From positions 25,398-89,397 of the forward strand of contig CAXHJY010000641.1 of assembly GCA_964016885.1 (NCBI GenBank): 64,000 nt of DNA, read 5' to 3'. A program made the translations under genes and the position numbers. The DNA comes from Eledone cirrhosa. Lineage: Eukaryota. Positions 59,222 through 64,000 of this stretch are shown piece after piece; position 1 is the first letter of the stretch, and each line of letters starts with the position of its first letter. The notes under the pieces were generated by a model. It was not told the DNA's origin and ran no database searches. It was given only the letters and a program-made list of their open reading frames with translations.

Positions 59222-59711
59222 ATATGTTTGTTGTGTATATATATGTGTGTGAATGTGTGCATATATATATATATATGTGTGTGTGTGTGTATATGTTTGT
59301 TGTGTATATATATGTGTGTGAATGTGTGCATATATATATATATATGTGTGTGTGTGTGTATATGTTTGTTGTGTATATATATGTGTGTGAATGTGTGCAT
59401 ATATATATATATATATGTGTGTGTGTGTATATGTTTGTTGTGTATATATATGTGTGTGTGTATGTGTGCATATATATATATGTGTGTGTGTATGTATATA
59501 TACATAAAGGTGTGCGTGTGTGTATGTATATATACATAAAGGTGTGTGTGTGTGTACGTGTGTGCATATATATATATGTGAGTGTGTGTGTATATATATA
59601 TATATATATGTGTGTGTGTATATATATATATGTGTGTGTATATACTTTTTAATAAATGTTGAAATATGTTATTTATTTCGTATGTTTCAATATAATTTGT
59701 TATTGCATTAC

Positions 59712-59805
<94 letters not shown>

Positions 59806-60299
59806 ATATATGTGTGTATATACGTGTATATATATATGTGTGTGTGTATGTATATGTGTATGTATGTGTGTATATATGTATTTATATATATATATGTATG
59901 TGTATGTATGCGTATATATATATATGTATGTGTATGTATGCGTATATATATATATGTATGTGTGTATGTATATGTGTATGTATGTATGTTTGTTTGTGTA
60001 CGCAATTGACTACTGGGTATGTTGACAGTAAAAGTAGTAGTAGTAGCAGTAATAGTAGTGGTGGTGGTAGTAGTAGTAGTTGTAGTAGTAGTAGTGGTGG
60101 TTGGTGTTGGTGGTAGTAGTAGTAGTAGTGGTGGTGGTGGTGGTGGTGGTGGTAGTAGTAGTAGTAGTGGTGGTGGTGGTGGTGGTGGTGGTAGTAGTAG
60201 TGGTGGTAGTAGTAGTAGCGGTAGTTCTTGTTGTGGTGGTGATCACGGTTTCTTCTCGTAATGGTAGTAGGAGTATCGAGAGAGAGACGTGGAGAGACT

Positions 60300-60351
<52 letters not shown>

Positions 60352-60528
60352 CTGACATAGAGAGAGAGAGAGAGAGAGAGAGAGACTGACATGGAGAGAG
60401 ACGTAGAGAGACTGACAGAGAGAGATAGAGTGAGAGAGAGAGAGACTGACATGGAGAGAGAGACTGACAGAGAGAGAGAGAGACGTAGAGAGACTGACAG
60501 AGAGAGAGAGAGAGAGAGAGAGACTGAC

Positions 60529-60566
<38 letters not shown>

Positions 60567-60792
60567 ACATGGAGAGAGAGAGACGTAGAGAGACTGACAG
60601 AGAGAGATAGAGTGAGAGAGAGAGAGACTGACATGGAGAGAGAGACTGACAGAGAGAGAGAGAGACGTAGAGAGACTGACAGAGAGAGATAGAGTGAGAG
60701 AGAGAGAGACTGACATGGAGAGAGAGACTGACAGAGAGAGAGAGAGACGTAGAGAGACTGACAGAGAGAGAGAGAGAGAGAGAGAGACTGAC

Positions 60793-60830
<38 letters not shown>

Positions 60831-61086
60831 ACATGGAGAGAGAGAGACGTAGAGAGACTGACAGAGAGAGATAGAGTGAGAGAGAGAGAGACTGACATGG
60901 AGAGAGAGACTGACAGAGAGAGAGAGAGACGTAGAGAGACTGACAGAGAGAGATAGAGTGAGAGAGAGAGAGACTGACGTGGAGAGAGAGAGAGAGAGAC
61001 TAACATAAAGAGAGAGAGTGACAGATTGACAGAGAGAGAGTCTGACATGGAGAGATAGACAGAGAAAGAGAGAGAGAGTGACAGAC

Positions 61087-61121
<35 letters not shown>

Positions 61122-61200
61122 GTGGGCAAACTGACAGAGACAGAGAGAGAGATTTATAAGTAGACAGAGAGAGAGAGAAAGAGAGAGATAGTGACAGACG

Positions 61201-61261
<61 letters not shown>

Positions 61262-61612
61262 GAAGAGAGATAGAGAGACAGAGAGGGAGAGAGAGTGACA
61301 GACAGACAGAGAGGGAGAGAGAGTGACAGACAGACAGAGAGAGACAGACAGACAGACGGAGAGAGATAGAGAGACAGAGAGGGAGAGAGAGTGACAGACA
61401 GACAGAGAGGGAGAGAGAGTGACAGACAGACAGAGAGAGACAGACAGACAGACGGAGAGAGATAGAGAGACAGAGAGGGAGAGAGAGTGACAGACAGACG
61501 GAGAGAGATAGAGAGACAGAGAGGGAGAGAGAGTGACAGACAGACAGAGAGAGATAGAGAGAGTGACAGACAGACAGAGAAGGAGAGAGGGAGAGAGAGA
61601 GAGAGAGAGATG
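58925..61612. repeat. TA/TG, (AGT/GGT)n and (GA)n compound repeats
   Basis: The GA block has higher-order ACTGACA(T/G) / ACGTAG landmarks. Confidence 0.92.
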
Positions 61613-61656
61613 GGAAATCGAAAGTTCAAAACATTGATGTTGACAGCTTTTCATAT

Positions 61657-62578
61657 TGTTGTTGGTGGTGGTGGTGGTGGTGGTGGTGGTGGTGGTGGTG
61701 GTGGTGGTGGTGGTGGTGGTGTATTGGTGGTGGTGGTGGTGGTGGTGTGTAGTGGTGGTGGTGTTGTTGGTGGTGGTGGTGGTGGTGGTGTTGTGGTGGT
61801 GTTGGTGGTAGTAGTGGTGGTGTTGGTGTTGGTGGTGGTGGTGGTAGTGGTGGTGGGGGGGTAGTAGTGGTGGTGTAGTGGTGGTAGTGGTGGTGGTGGT
61901 GTTGTGATGGTGGTGGTGTAGTGGTGGTGGTGGTAGTAGTGGTGGTAGTGGTGGTGTTGGTGTTGTTGTTGGTGGTAGTAGTGGTGGTGTTGTTGGTGTT
62001 GGTGGTGGTGGTGGTGGGGGTAGTAGTGGTGGTGGTGGTGGTAGTGGTAGTGGTGGTGGTGGTAGTAGTAGTGGTGGTGTTGGTGGTGGTGGTGGTAGTA
62101 GTAGTAGTAGTGGTGGGGGTAGTAGTGGTGGTGGTGGTGGTGGTGGTAGTGGTGGTGTTGGTGGTGGTGGTGGTGTTGTTGTTGGTGGTGGTAGTGGTAG
62201 TGGTGGTGGTGGTAGTAGTGGTGGTGTTGGTGGTGGTAGTAGTAGTGGTGGTGTTGTTGTTGGTGGTGGTAGTGGTGGTGGTGGTAGTAGTGGTGGTGTT
62301 GGTGGTGGTAGTAGTAGTGGTGGTGTTGTTGTTGGTGGTGGTAGTGGTAGTGGTGGTAGTAGTGGTGGTGGTGGTGTTGTTGTTGGTGGTGGTAGTAGTG
62401 GTGGAGGTGTCGTTGATGGTGTTGTTGTTGTTGGTGATATTGTTGGTGGTGTTGGTGGTGGTGGTGATGGTGGTGTTGTTGTTGGTGGTGGTGGTGGTGG
62501 TGTTGTCGATGGTGTAATTGTTGTTGGTGTTGTTGTTGTTGGTGGTGGTGGTGGTGGTGAGGTTGTGTTGTTGTTACT
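61657..62578. repeat. (GGT/AGT/GTT)n array
   Basis: Direct reading. Confidence 0.94.
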
Positions 62579-62644
62579 GTTTAACCCCGGGTCAAACACC
62601 ATCAAACACATTCCAGCCGTGTCCATCTAGCCTTTACCTTAGGC

Positions 62645-64000
<1,356 letters not shown>

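Overview
Eukaryotic, very microsatellite-rich window ((TA)n, (CA)n, (GA)n, (TACA)n, (GGT)n) with no credible host protein-coding gene; almost all long ORFs are simple-repeat artefacts. The repeat landscape resembles octopus/coleoid cephalopod DNA (inference from memory, not verified). The non-simple sequence is mostly mobile-element debris: two tRNA-derived SINE families, 3' ends of Tx1/L1-like, RTE and CR1-group LINEs, mariner and hAT-like transposase relics, and several tandem arrays amplified from inside those elements. The main observation is a dense set of short (~150-300 bp) non-coding elements from at least 7-8 unrelated families, sitting in (TA)n tracts. They carry minimal type-I hammerhead ribozyme motifs (CUGANGA-stem II-GAAA-short palindromic stem III-UH) of the Penelope-like-element/retrozyme kind, often form fold-back palindromes around the ribozyme, and share a 3' ACTC...TTGAGT(A/G)C hairpin. 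A separate ~600 bp element starts with an HDV-like ribozyme candidate. Small CpG-containing islands between the microsatellites repeatedly contain YY1/ETS/NRF1/CCAAT/CRE-type motifs. All calls are by eye; no alignment or folding program was run.
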